Positions 13,066 to 23,497 of a DNA stretch of 64,000 bases are shown piece after piece. Both the position numbers and the translations under genes were made by a program. Position 1 is the stretch's first letter; each line of letters opens with the position of its first letter. The notes under the pieces are model-generated. The model searched no databases. It was not told where the DNA came from and worked only from the letters and a program-made list of their open reading frames with translations. This DNA comes from Octopus vulgaris (Eukaryota): contig OX597815.1 in assembly GCA_951406725.2 (NCBI GenBank), positions 167,896,001 through 167,960,000 of the forward strand, in the 5' to 3' direction.

Positions 13066-14415
13066 ATTTGAGATTATGTCTGAGCGGAGTGACGTTGCTA
13101 TGATTTGATCTGAGAACTCTTGGTGTTTCAAGAGAACCACTTTCAATTGCAAATCTGGAAGTGGATTGTGGAAAGTGTACAAAGTCAATGATGTTTCAGT
13201 GACCTGGGCTTCTTTCTGTAGGTTGTACTTGCTGGCCTCGGTGGTTGTTCTTCTCAACTCGTCAGCCATCGAGAGTACCTGATCATGTCGCCAGTGGTAG
13301 CTGTCATCGGTTAAGGCCCTGGAGTGGCTGCTAAGGGACCCTTTTTCAATACACAAGAGAGAGGAGGGGATTTCACCCTAGACCTAGATGTGAAGGTTCG
13401 TCGGATTTTGTACCGTGTCGTAGACGACTTCTATCATAAATCTGATGCACTGGATGTCTCAGCACCAGAATTCTAACCAAGTAACCAAATGATATTCGGT
13501 GGCTATGTTGACCCATCAGATCTAGGCTCTTTGCTGGCTGAGTCACGTCATCAAGCTAGCCGATGCTTCCTCTACACCTATACGAACTTCTTGAGGTGAT
13601 TTTGTCGTCTTTTTCCTTTGGTATTACGAATCTGGTGAGTTGGAAAGTAGCCCAAGTCTGAATGCCCTATCGATACGGTCCCAACAAGAACCTTTCGCCT
13701 CTACCGTTCCTTTGCCTCTAGCAACTTTCTGGTTGAATTTCACTTCCTACATGTACACACTTCAATGCCAAGTATCTCAGGGATCTCTGGACTTTGTGGC
13801 CTCCCTTGATGGTTGCACTATAAACCCTTCTGAGAGGCCGCTGGAGGGTAATAATACGATATCAGTTGATCCCGTACAAGCGATATTGCTTAACCTGCTT
13901 GATAAGCGAAGCTACTTTCATAAAAAACTGCTGCTCTTCTCCAGGAATTCTACAGTTGTCATACAAACATTGTTATATAACCGAGACTATAAAATCCTGA
14001 ATATGATGGCATACTGGTATAACCAAGCTTTTGTGTAACCGGGAAATTCAGATTTACAACCTTCATAAGCTAGTTTTCAAGGTTTTAACCAGTTTTGCGA
14101 ATGACAACTAAGTCCAGGCTGCTGCGAGAGAGTCTCCCCTAGATCTTGACTGATTGTTCTATCGAAGTTGGAAAGGTAGTGTCAGACAAGATGAAGTGAA
14201 ACTGTCCAACCACTTCATCCTTGACCATAAGATGAGCTTCTCCCATCATTGAACTATTTATCTACCACCAGTCTTGACAGTCAAGCCCAGGTCACTGAAA
14301 CATCATTGACTCTGTACACTTTCCACAGTCCACTTCCAGATTTGCAGTTGAAAGTTGATCTCTTGAAACACTAAGAGTTCTCAGATCAAATCATAGCAAC
14401 GTCACTCCGCTCAGA
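13066..14415 (-). mobile_element. Decayed RLE-type non-LTR retrotransposon (HERO/R2-group-like) with an internal inverted duplication
   Basis: ALTDDSYHWRHDQVL (cf. GRYxWRHDxVL after the CCHC knuckle) and LQLKVVL...IIATSLRSDI (cf. LRPDIV RLE motif). 13079-13212 recurs inverted at 14283-14415. Confidence 0.7.
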
Positions 14416-14419
14416 TTTG

Positions 14420-14910
14420 CTTTGGTTTAGTTGTTGCAGACTCCTTTTTCTTCTCGTTTCTCTTCCTTTTCCTCTGTAGCACGGCTTCAAATGATCTGTC
14501 ACAGTGGAGATAGAATGATGCCAGCCGGGCCTGTCCTGATCTTCAATAGCTCAGGCTTTGAGATCGATTCCAGTCAGTTTAAGGCTTTGAGGGGACGGCC
14601 ACGAAGTCGTCTTCCAGTGGAAAGTTAAAGTATGACGCGGCAGCCTGGTTTCTTTCATTCATGCTACGTGGCCTGCTCATCTCAGACGTTTTTTTCAGGA
14701 TAGTAGCCTCGATGCTGCTACTAGTTGGTCTCCAAAACGGACACATCGGTCATAGTCGTTCCATAGTTGGAGCTTCTGTTGGAAAAATCGCTCTAGTTTT
14801 TTAACGTCACTTTGATAAAGGGTCCAGGTTTCGCAACCGCAGAGGGGAGAAAGACCCTTTTACAAGTCCACCAAACGCGGTATGAGCCGCTCTTAATCGG
14901 TTTTCCTCGT
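14420..14910 (-). mobile_element. RTE-clade LINE 3' remnant
   Basis: NRLRAAHTAFGGL and RLR*AGHVA*M..RLP motifs typical of the RTE ORF C-terminus. Confidence 0.7.
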
Positions 14911-15999
14911 ATATATAAATATAGCTATATAAATAGATAGATACATACATACATACATATATACATACATACATGCATACATACATATACATATATACAT
15001 ACACACACACATACATACATAAATACATACATACATATATATATTTACACACACATACACACACAAACACAAGCAACATATATCTATGTTGCTTGTATTT
15101 GTGCGTGTATGCATATTTATATATGAAGGTAATATGGGCGTGTATATGCTTTTGTGTATCTCTACTTATGTGCGTACGTGCGTATATTCTCGTATGTGTA
15201 CTTCTAAGCTTCTTTTGGCATGAAGGAGTAAGCATATGTAATAACAGACATGTATTTGAAAACGACTGATTATACGACTTGAAAACCTATTATCCAGTTA
15301 GGATGTTGAACTTTTTTTTACCTACTGCTCTTGACTTGTTGGGTTAGTAAAGAAAAAGAAACTATTAGTATAACTATGCTAAGTGGAAAGGAGGGACAAC
15401 CTGAATTTTTTAGCAAATAGCTAATGATTACTTGTACATACGTATATGTGAATATGGAGGTGTGTGTGTGTGTGTGTGAGTGTGTGTGTGTGTGTGTGAA
15501 TTCAACGTCACCGCGAATAAGCTACAAAAGATATGTTACATATGTCTTTACATTGTTTACAATGAGAATTCAGAGCTGTTGCACTTCGTTTCCAGGGGGT
15601 ACCAAACATACAATTGTCAAATAAAAAGAAAACTCAGGGTGCTTCTGAGTGGCTACAGGATCTGCCAGGAATGGTAGTGAAATCCCCTTCAAATCACATC
15701 CTATAAGAATAAAATAAATGGTCGTATAGTTAATGAAGCTTTGGATGCCCTACACACAGAATAAAGATGGAATGGTCACGACTAGAATGCCTTTAATTGT
15801 ATGCCCATTTGATTAGGTCTGACCTTGAGATAAAAATCAACAGCAACAATTTCAATTACAGTGTGCAACTTTTTCCTTTTTTCTTTTTTTTGTCTGGTCA
15901 GTAAGTGTTGTATATACATATATACATACGTAAATGCATACACACACGCGCGTATAAATGCACACACACAGACACACACACACACACACATACATACAT

Positions 16000-16292
16000 A
16001 TGGCCCAGTGGTTAGGGCAGCGGACACGCAGTCGGAGGATCGCGGTTTCGATTCCCAGATCGAGCGTTGTGTGTGTTTATTGAGCGAAAACACCTAAAGC
16101 TCTACGAGGCTCCGGCAGCGGGGTGCGACCCCTGTTGTACTCTTTCGCCCCAACTTTCTTTCACTCTTTCTTCCTGTTTCTTGAGTAACCCTGCGATGGA
16201 CTGGCGTCCCGTCCTGCTGGGGGAACACATACGCCATAGAAACCGGGAAACCGGGCCCATGAGCCTGGCTAGGCTTGGAAAGGGCGCATAAA
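16000..16292 (+). mobile_element. tRNA-derived SINE, family C
   Basis: TGGCCCAGTGG (A box)...GGTTTCGATTCCC (B box); the same head occurs at 61170-61535 (-) and 62652-62908 (-). Confidence 0.85.
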
Positions 16293-16313
16293 TATATATA
16301 TGTATATATATAT

Positions 16314-16364
<51 letters not shown>

Positions 16365-16449
16365 TTAGAGACAAAACCACTATTTTGCAAAACAAACAAG
16401 GAAAGACTTAATCAATACATAAAATTTTAATAAATAGTCAAAAAAACCG

Positions 16450-16492
16450 CCACTACAATCGTTTCTTGTCTTGATCGACAATCTTCAGGTGG
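16450..16492 (-). ncRNA. Type I hammerhead ribozyme (minimal, canonical core)
   Basis: Minus strand reads ccac-CTGAAGA-ttgtc(gatcaa)gacaa-GAAA-cgattg-TA-gtgg. All core nucleotides present, GUA cleavage triplet; lies in a ~310-bp segment flanked by (TA)n. Confidence 0.85.
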
Positions 16493-16691
16493 ACTTCCAA
16501 TCTAAAATATCAATATTTTAAAATATAAAAATAATAATTTTAAAATAATTAAAGTATGAATGAAAAAATATAAATATATAATCCATATATTTTACTATAA
16601 AATTGGATTTAATCCTAAATCTGATTTTTTCCCTGTAAATTTGGATTTATTCCCTAATATTTATTATATATATATATATATATTTTATATA

Positions 16692-17346
16692 AGTACATGG
16701 GTAAATATTTATTTCGTATATTTTCACTTGTTTATTGCTTTGGTTTTGTGTTGAGTTTGATCTGAGAACAGAAACTTTTTGTGGAGAATGGCGATTTGAC
16801 GTCTATATCTAGCATGTTGACTGTCCACTTTTCGTGTTCAGTCCTTAATTGGTATATAAAAATATTTTAATCTTCGGATTCTTTCTTTAATATGCTAGAC
16901 CACTGGTTCTAATTGATAAATATCAATTTCTACCCTAAATTTAATTTTATATAAATATTTGTTCTCTAACCGATAAATTAACTGCGGCTAACTATTAGCT
17001 GCAGGCTAGTTTTCTCGGGTCTCATCACGCCAAAAGTAAAGACATTTGAAATATATATTTCAAATGTAATAGGCCGTACTCCATGCACGCGATATTTCGG
17101 TATCGTGTTGGCATCTAGTCCAGCAAATTGCGTTTTATATGGGACCATGCTGATGATGGCTGCACTTTTCCTTGCGGAAAATAACAGCCGAAACTAAATT
17201 TAGTACATGGGTAAATATCTATTTCGTATATTTTCACTTGTTTATTGCTTTGGTTTTGTGTTGAATTTGATCTGAGAACAGAAACTTTTTGTGGAGAATG
17301 GCGATTTGACGTCTATAATGGCGATTTCAGTCCTTAATTGGTATAT
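16692..17346 (+). mobile_element. Retrozyme-like non-autonomous retroelement: 510-nt unit present as a ~1.3-mer, flanked by (TA)n
   Basis: Direct repeat 16696-16807 / 17206-17317 (2 substitutions seen), period 510. The repeat starts at the cleavage site of the hammerhead at 17145-17210. No ORF. Confidence 0.8.
17145..17210 (+). ncRNA. Type I hammerhead ribozyme (canonical)
   Basis: ccatg-CTGATGA-t-ggctg(...ttttcc ttgc ggaaaa...)cagcc-GAAA-ctaaatttag(palindromic stem III)-TA^catgg; predicted cleavage after 17205. Confidence 0.92.
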
Positions 17347-18556
17347 ATATATATATACATGTACATATAGAGCGCTGTAGTTCACATGAAGCATTAAGAA
17401 AAGGAAAATATAGAAAGCTTTCTAACAATGCGGAATACAGAAAGTATTACAACTTTTACAACAACCAACAGTTAGAGGGTTGCTTGCGCCACCATTGGAG
17501 AAGTACTGCTACAACTGCTAAATAAAATAATGAAATCATGTGTGACTAGACATTTCTTGGACTGCTTTCTTCTGAAATTGGGCCTTTGGACCTGAAATAT
17601 AAAGGTTTTTGTAAAACTTTCTGCACTGTTAGAAGCTTTCTGTATTTTCCTTTACTTTATCAACACACACACAGACATACGCACACACATCCCTCTGCCT
17701 CTACCTCGCTCTCTTCTCTCTCCACGTGACCGATGTTCGGCCAAGCCTGACCATTCTTTTTTGGTTCGACTACCATCCGTGCAATATCTATATTCCTCCC
17801 TATGCCTGTCATCTCATATGTCCCTGCCGCAAGGCTTCACTTCCACACACGCCAGCTTAATTTAAATCGTTCTTGGTCGAATGACACCTGTTGTTATGTC
17901 CTTTATTTGCATATATATGTGTACCATTTCTCCGTTTTTGCCGTCCTTGTTTTCGTATACATTCACTGCTTTCTTCCAGGGAATCTAGTACTCTTAGCTT
18001 AGATTTTCCTTGGAGCTGGCCAGCTTGGAGCAATCTCGAGTATAACCAGCCGAAATTGCAAAGATAATCTGGAACTCGACTGAAGGAAGAAAGAAAACTC
18101 CGAATGACCCGTCCTTTTAAAATTTTTTTTGTATCGTCTGTCTGGATGTTTTGTTGTCCCTTTGAGTATCATCTAACTGACTGGATGTTTTGCGTTCTTG
18201 TCCCATTTTTGGTATTCCATTATATATATATATATATATTTAAAATTATAGGAATGTATAAAATATTTCTATACACAAAGAAGAGACCATTGACAGGACT
18301 CCTTACATGCTAAAAAGGCCAGTTAACACCCAAACCACAAAGAAGAGAATTCATGAGGCACGCCGTTATAACATAAGAACGAACAAACAAAAATGAATAA
18401 GTTAATCGAGAACTCGAGTTTCGCTATGAATTTCCAAATACACTAATTTGGAATTTGTAGTTCTTGTGACTTTTATTTTTGTATGCTAACCACTAGTAAT
18501 ACATTATTTTAATTTACTGCCCTCATATTTACGATATATATATATATATATATATA

Positions 18557-18804
18557 GGCACGTGAGCTTGTGGTTAGGCTGTTGCTCTCACGATCTCATG
18601 GGTTCGATTTAAAGCCGGGCGGCAAGTTGTGTTCTTGAGCAAAACACTTCATTTCACGTTACTCAAGTCCCCCTTTCTATCAGGATTGAATGTTGGCCTA
18701 CTCGCCTAACCAGGACGGTGGTGTAATATGAGGCTAGAACGGTGCAAAGCACATTGTGACCAGTGAGGTGTAACAACATCTGACAGTCTGGTCGGTCACA
18801 TAAT

Positions 18805-18811
<7 letters not shown>
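18557..18811 (+). mobile_element. Diverged tRNA-derived SINE (family D-type head, RTE-like tail)
   Basis: A/B-box head; ttcttgagcaaaacacttcatttcacgtt core; tail gcacattgtgaccag...caacatctgacagtctggtcggtcac shared with 62652-62730. Confidence 0.7.
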
Positions 18812-18874
<63 letters not shown>

Positions 18875-19027
18875 TATTGAAGTAGATAAATGAATTATCT
18901 TATTACGGATTATTCAAATGATAACCGACACCTGGGTAGCAAAAATCACAACAGAAAAAGCACGGTTGAGGTTACGACCATGGGGCCTAAAATCCGTGCC
19001 TTAGTGCGGAAATTTGAAGTTTTATAG

Positions 19028-19988
19028 ATTTAGTGTAGGAAGAAATGGAGCTGAACGAAGATTTAACAAAATTCCTTTTTATTATTTTCTACATATGTTT
19101 CAAAGGCTGCAGAGTCCCTAATTCGGATTGAATAAGGAGTCCATTTTGCAGCCTTCTCTTCAGGAAAATCCAGGAACTTAATTCTCCAACGAAATGCACA
19201 GCAAGCTTTTCGACAAACGCTCACGAGGAGCCCATGGAATAAATGGCACAAACTGTCTATCAATATGCGTTGACGCCAGGCTGGGTGAAAGCCGACGAGA
19301 AAGTCCGTTGAGATAATTCAAGGTCAAAATCCCGTGAACAGAAGGGGAGTACAGGAAAATCAAAGAGTGTGAATGTATTCTGTATGACTGGTGTTAATAT
19401 TTGAATTGTTTTAAGAATGAGTGCTAGAGTGTTTGAGTGTGAGAAATTGCTTTCATGTATGTGTGTGTGCGTCTATGTATGTGTGGCAGTGTGTTTAGAA
19501 GGCAGCGAGGGAGTGAGATATAGCTGGTATTAATGGTCAAGCAACAGAAAAGACTGTGTCTGTGTGTTCGTCTGTAACCAGTTGATAGAGAGAGGGGGGT
19601 GTCAACAATGGTCATAGCAGGATACAGTGTTGCTGACAGGGATGTCAGCAGTTCTAGACAACCAGCAGTTCTTACACTAACAGGGGAGTGATATCCCCTT
19701 ACAAATTTAATTCAAATTTTTTTCATTTTCTTAGGAAATCAAGGGGTTAACTATATTAGACTTCATTGGTATGAGAGAAATGTATGCCGTTTCCAGTGTG
19801 GGCATCTGAAAGAATTTTGCACAATCGAGTTAACAAGGTGCCCTCGGGCCAACAGAATATGAAAGAGTTCCGAGTTACAAAGAGCACAGATTTTTTTGCC
19901 CTTATCAAACGGTAAAGACACCGATAAAATTGACCATTCCAGTCTAAAAGTTGAATTCGCGTTCTTCAAACGCCAGACTAATTTACTT
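19028..19988 (-). repeat. Inverted copy of the element 3' end (endonuclease C-terminus plus pseudo-LTR)
   Basis: Reverse complement of 22542-23502 with about 12 substitutions and no indels seen. Confidence 0.97.
19084..19169 (-). ncRNA. Type I hammerhead ribozyme in the inverted pLTR
   Basis: Reverse complement of 23361-23446; both differences lie in the stem II extension and one gives a G-U pair. Confidence 0.9.
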
Positions 19989-20041
19989 CAATAATCATAT
20001 ACAGATTTGCCAAGAAACTGCTACCTTAACCGATACCGCAA

Positions 20042-21340
20042 ATGGAGTTATTCGAGATTAACGCGTCCCTTAAGGACATTCCTATACCACCAAAGGAAGC
20101 CTTCCTTAAGGAAATTGTCTGCAAAACAAATGCATTCATCAACCGGATTAGATGGTTCGCTTTCTTTCATGATAACGAGGATTTAAAACAGAACCGGTCC
20201 GCAACATCATCCGAATATAAGAAGCTTTTCAAGTCGATGGAGACGCCACCACCTAACCCCAGACTGAAGAAATTTGAGGACGACTTATGGGGCATTGTAA
20301 GGAGCATTAAATTCAGGAAGTCCCCCCGTAGGAATGAACACCTCAGATACCTAGGGAAAATTACTAAGGATATCAACAGCTCAGACGGAATCCTGGTTCA
20401 ATCTGACAAAACAAGGAATACTTACAAGATACCTAAAAACCAGTACTTAGAATTACTCAGAAAAGAGATCCAGAAGAACTATAGAACTACAAATAAGAAT
20501 ACACTGAGAAGAGTTAACTTGGAGATTAAGAAAATTATGGTTAATTATGGGCTTCAAATGAGAACACAACCGCTTAACCCAAGACAACCTAGATTCATCG
20601 TTAAGGACCATAAACCAAATTTCCACACCAATCCAGCATTAAGGCTCATATGCCCTTCTAGGTCCGACATCGGTTCCATCAGTAAGTACATTTTAGACAA
20701 ATACATTCCTAGTTTAGTTAATAAGCTTAAGCTTAACCTTTGGGCGAACTCCTCGCAAGTCGTAAAGTGGTTCTCTTCTATCCCTAATAAAAACAGAACT
20801 AAGTTCATTCAGTTCGATATTGCTAATTTCTACCCCTCGATTAACCCTAGTGTACTCAATAAGGCCCTGTGGCATGCACATAATAAGGCAGGCCTCACAA
20901 GAGAAGAAATTGATATAATTCTAGTCGCCAGAAAATCCTTTATACAGTTTGAAGATAAGTTATGGGTTCGTAAGGATACTCCCAACGAGTTCGATGTACC
21001 TATGGGAAGTTCAGATAGCGCCCAGATTGCCGATTTGGTCGGAATCTATATTCTCTATGAATTATCCGACCAATTCCCGGACATCGGAGACGGCCTATAT
21101 CGTGACGATTGTCTGTTTTACCTACAGAACACCCCGAATAGAATGATACAGAAAAGTAAAAATAGATTAGCTAGGTTCTTTAATAGGATGGGCATGAGCA
21201 TAGTTTTTGATAACGAACTTACCAAGGCAAATTTCTTAGATGTCACACTAAACCTGCATAGCGATTCTTACTGCCCCTACCACAAACCTTCCACTAACTT
21301 AAAGTATGTCAGTGTTTTCTCTAACCACGCAAAACTATAA
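20042..21340 (+). CDS. Penelope-like reverse transcriptase (5' part of a frameshifted ORF)
   Basis: SDKTRNTY, KDHKPNF...RLI, FIQFDIANFYPSI, PMGSSDSAQIADL, GLYRDD (catalytic), NFLDVTLNL, PYHKP, SNH. Confidence 0.92.
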   Translation: MELFEINASLKDIPIPPKEAFLKEIVCKTNAFINRIRWFAFFHDNEDLKQNRSATSSEYKKLFKSMETPPPNPRLKKFEDDLWGIVRSIKFRKSPRRNEHLRYLGKITKDINSSDGILVQSDKTRNTYKIPKNQYLELLRKEIQKNYRTTNKNTLRRVNLEIKKIMVNYGLQMRTQPLNPRQPRFIVKDHKPNFHTNPALRLICPSRSDIGSISKYILDKYIPSLVNKLKLNLWANSSQVVKWFSSIPNKNRTKFIQFDIANFYPSINPSVLNKALWHAHNKAGLTREEIDIILVARKSFIQFEDKLWVRKDTPNEFDVPMGSSDSAQIADLVGIYILYELSDQFPDIGDGLYRDDCLFYLQNTPNRMIQKSKNRLARFFNRMGMSIVFDNELTKANFLDVTLNLHSDSYCPYHKPSTNLKYVSVFSNHAKL

Positions 21341-21348
21341 CAGACAAT

Positions 21349-21976
21349 TTGGTTAAAAATATATCTCAAAGATTAACTAATTTATCTGCCAACGTCGACA
21401 TTTTTAGGCAGAAAGCAGAATTTTATAATGCCGCCCTGTCAAAAGCCGGTTATAGGGAGAAGTTAGCATATATAGACCCGGCCCTTCCGAAACCAGCATT
21501 CTATCATCAGGATAAGTCAAGTTACAATAACATAAATAATATAAGTAGTGATGGTAGCCTGAGGAATGTCGATACAAGTACAACTAGCATAAATATAGAT
21601 AACATAAATAATTTGCGGTCCAGGGGAGGCCATCGTAGGCCAAAACCCATTATTCAACCCAGAGATACCCACCTTAATGTTAGAGTTGACTCCCCGAGCC
21701 AGTACAAGAACAAGAAGAACTATATTTGGTTTGTAATTCCCTTTGGTAAACAAATAAGATCTAACCTACCACTGCTGTTTCACCAAGCAATTGCCAGAAA
21801 TTTTCCCAGAAATTCGAGATATTACTCCACTGTAAATTCACACAAAGTTAGGATAGCCTTCTCCAATACTAAAAATCTTTCACAGATAATTTCCTCCCAT
21901 AACAATAAGCTGCTAAATAAGACCCTCTCACCCATGAGCGGAGACTCTGCTCCGTCTAATTCCAACATAACACGCA

Positions 21977-22021
<45 letters not shown>

Positions 22022-22767
22022 GAACTGGCAAGGATATTAGCAACCTCCATACCAACATTGGAGTTAGTAATAGTAATAAGGATAAGAGCAATGATCTCGT
22101 CATTAACGTAAGTAATGGTAATAAGGATAAGAGCACTGATCTAGTCATTAATGTAGGGAGTCCCAACAATAATATTAGCAGCGGTGTTAACAACAGTAGT
22201 ATTACGGACATTAGCAATCACAGCATTCACAGTAACAGGGAATATGCAGGTGATATTGCCTTAAATAGTAATGATAATGGGGTGAATAATATCGAATCCA
22301 GCGGTAGTTCTTACAATCATCATAGTAATAAGAACGCTGTATTAATATCGGAAACCAATCCCAATAGAATAAGGTTCTTATCTAGTAACTCCAAGATTAG
22401 AAACGCCATTTACCAGTGTAGAGTTTATACTGATTCAGATGTCTACATTTATATCGGAGCTTCATCATCGAAATTGGCTGTTAGAATATCGAATCATTTT
22501 TCCACGTTTCGTGATAAGGAAAAGCAACACGCTACGGGACTAAGTAAATTAGTCTGGCGTTTGAAGAACGCGAATTCAACTTTTAGACTGGAATGGTCAA
22601 TTTTATCGGTGTCTTTACCGTTTGATAAGGGCAAAAAAATCTGTGCTCTTTGTAACTCGGAACTCTTTCATATTCTGTTGGCCCGAGGGCACCTTGTTAA
22701 CTCGATTGTGCAAAATTCTTTCAGATGCCCACACTGGAAACGGCATACATTTCTCTCATACCAATGA
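21349..22767 (+). CDS. Penelope-like RT thumb, Asn-rich linker and GIY-YIG endonuclease (3' part of the frameshifted ORF; the listed start is not a real start)
   Basis: YNAALSKAGY, IWFVIPF, SHNNKLL; AIYQCRV...YIYIG, R..NH, TGLS, CALCNSE, N, CPH. Continuous with the upstream ORF if one A is added at 21331-21334 (about 908 aa in total). Confidence 0.88.
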
Positions 22768-23360
22768 AGTCTAATATAGTTAACCCCTTGATTTCCTAAG
22801 AAAATGAAAAAAATTTGAATTAAATTTGTAAGGGGATATCACTCCCCTGTTAGTGTAAGAACTGCTGGTTGTCTAGAACTGCTGACATCCCTGTCAGCAA
22901 CACTGTATCCTGCCATGACCATTGTTGACACCCCCCTCTCTCTATCATCTGGTTACAGACGAACACACAGAAACAGTCTTTTCTGTTGCTTGACCATTAA
23001 TACCAGCTATATCTCTCTCCCTTGCTGCCTTCTAAACACACTGCCACACATACATAGACGCACACACACATACATGAAAGCAATTTCTCACACTCAAACA
23101 CTCTAGCACTCATTCTTAAAACAATTCGAATATTAACACCAGTCATACAGAATACATTCACACTCTTTGATTTTCCTGTACTCCCCTTCTGTTGACCGGA
23201 TTTTGACCTTGAATTATCTCAACGGACTTTCTCGTCGGCTTTCACCCAGCCTGGCGTCAACGCATATTGATAGACAGTTTGTGCCATTTATTCCATGGGC
23301 TCCTCGTGAGCGTTTGTCGAAAAGCTTGCTGTGCATTTTGTTGGAGAATTAAGTTCCTGG

Positions 23361-23446
23361 ATTTTCCTGAAGAGAAGGCTGCAAAATGGACTCCTTATTC
23401 AATCGGAATTAAGGACTCTGCAGCCTTTGAAACATATGTAGAAAAT
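23361..23446 (+). ncRNA. Type I hammerhead ribozyme in the 3' pLTR
   Basis: attttc-CTGAAGA-gaaggctgca(...tcctta..taagga...)tgcagccttt-GAAA-catatg(palindrome)-TA^gaaaat; predicted cleavage after 23440. Confidence 0.92.
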
Positions 23447-23497
23447 AATAAAAAGGAATTTTGTTAAATCTTCGTTCAGCTCCATTTTTTCCTACAC

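Noticed and set aside
16000-16075. tRNA genes at SINE heads (also 29110-29181, 59618-59690 and others)
   Set aside because: A/B boxes are present but there is no full cloverleaf, and each continues into a SINE body.
17004-17031. Possible antisense hammerhead in the 510-nt unit (ggc-GTGATGA-gacccga-GAAA-ac-TA-gcc), which would make it ambisense and viroid-like
   Set aside because: C3 is missing and stem II cannot form; may be chance. Revisit only with a family consensus.
19763-19969. Independent 68-aa minus-strand gene
   Set aside because: It is the inverted duplicate of the endonuclease C-terminus.
20042-22920. Selenoprotein recoding (reported for some Naiad PLEs)
   Set aside because: No in-frame TGA inside either ORF part. 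The only break is a frameshift to TAA, the terminal TGA is followed by TAG after three codons, and I could not identify a SECIS by eye.
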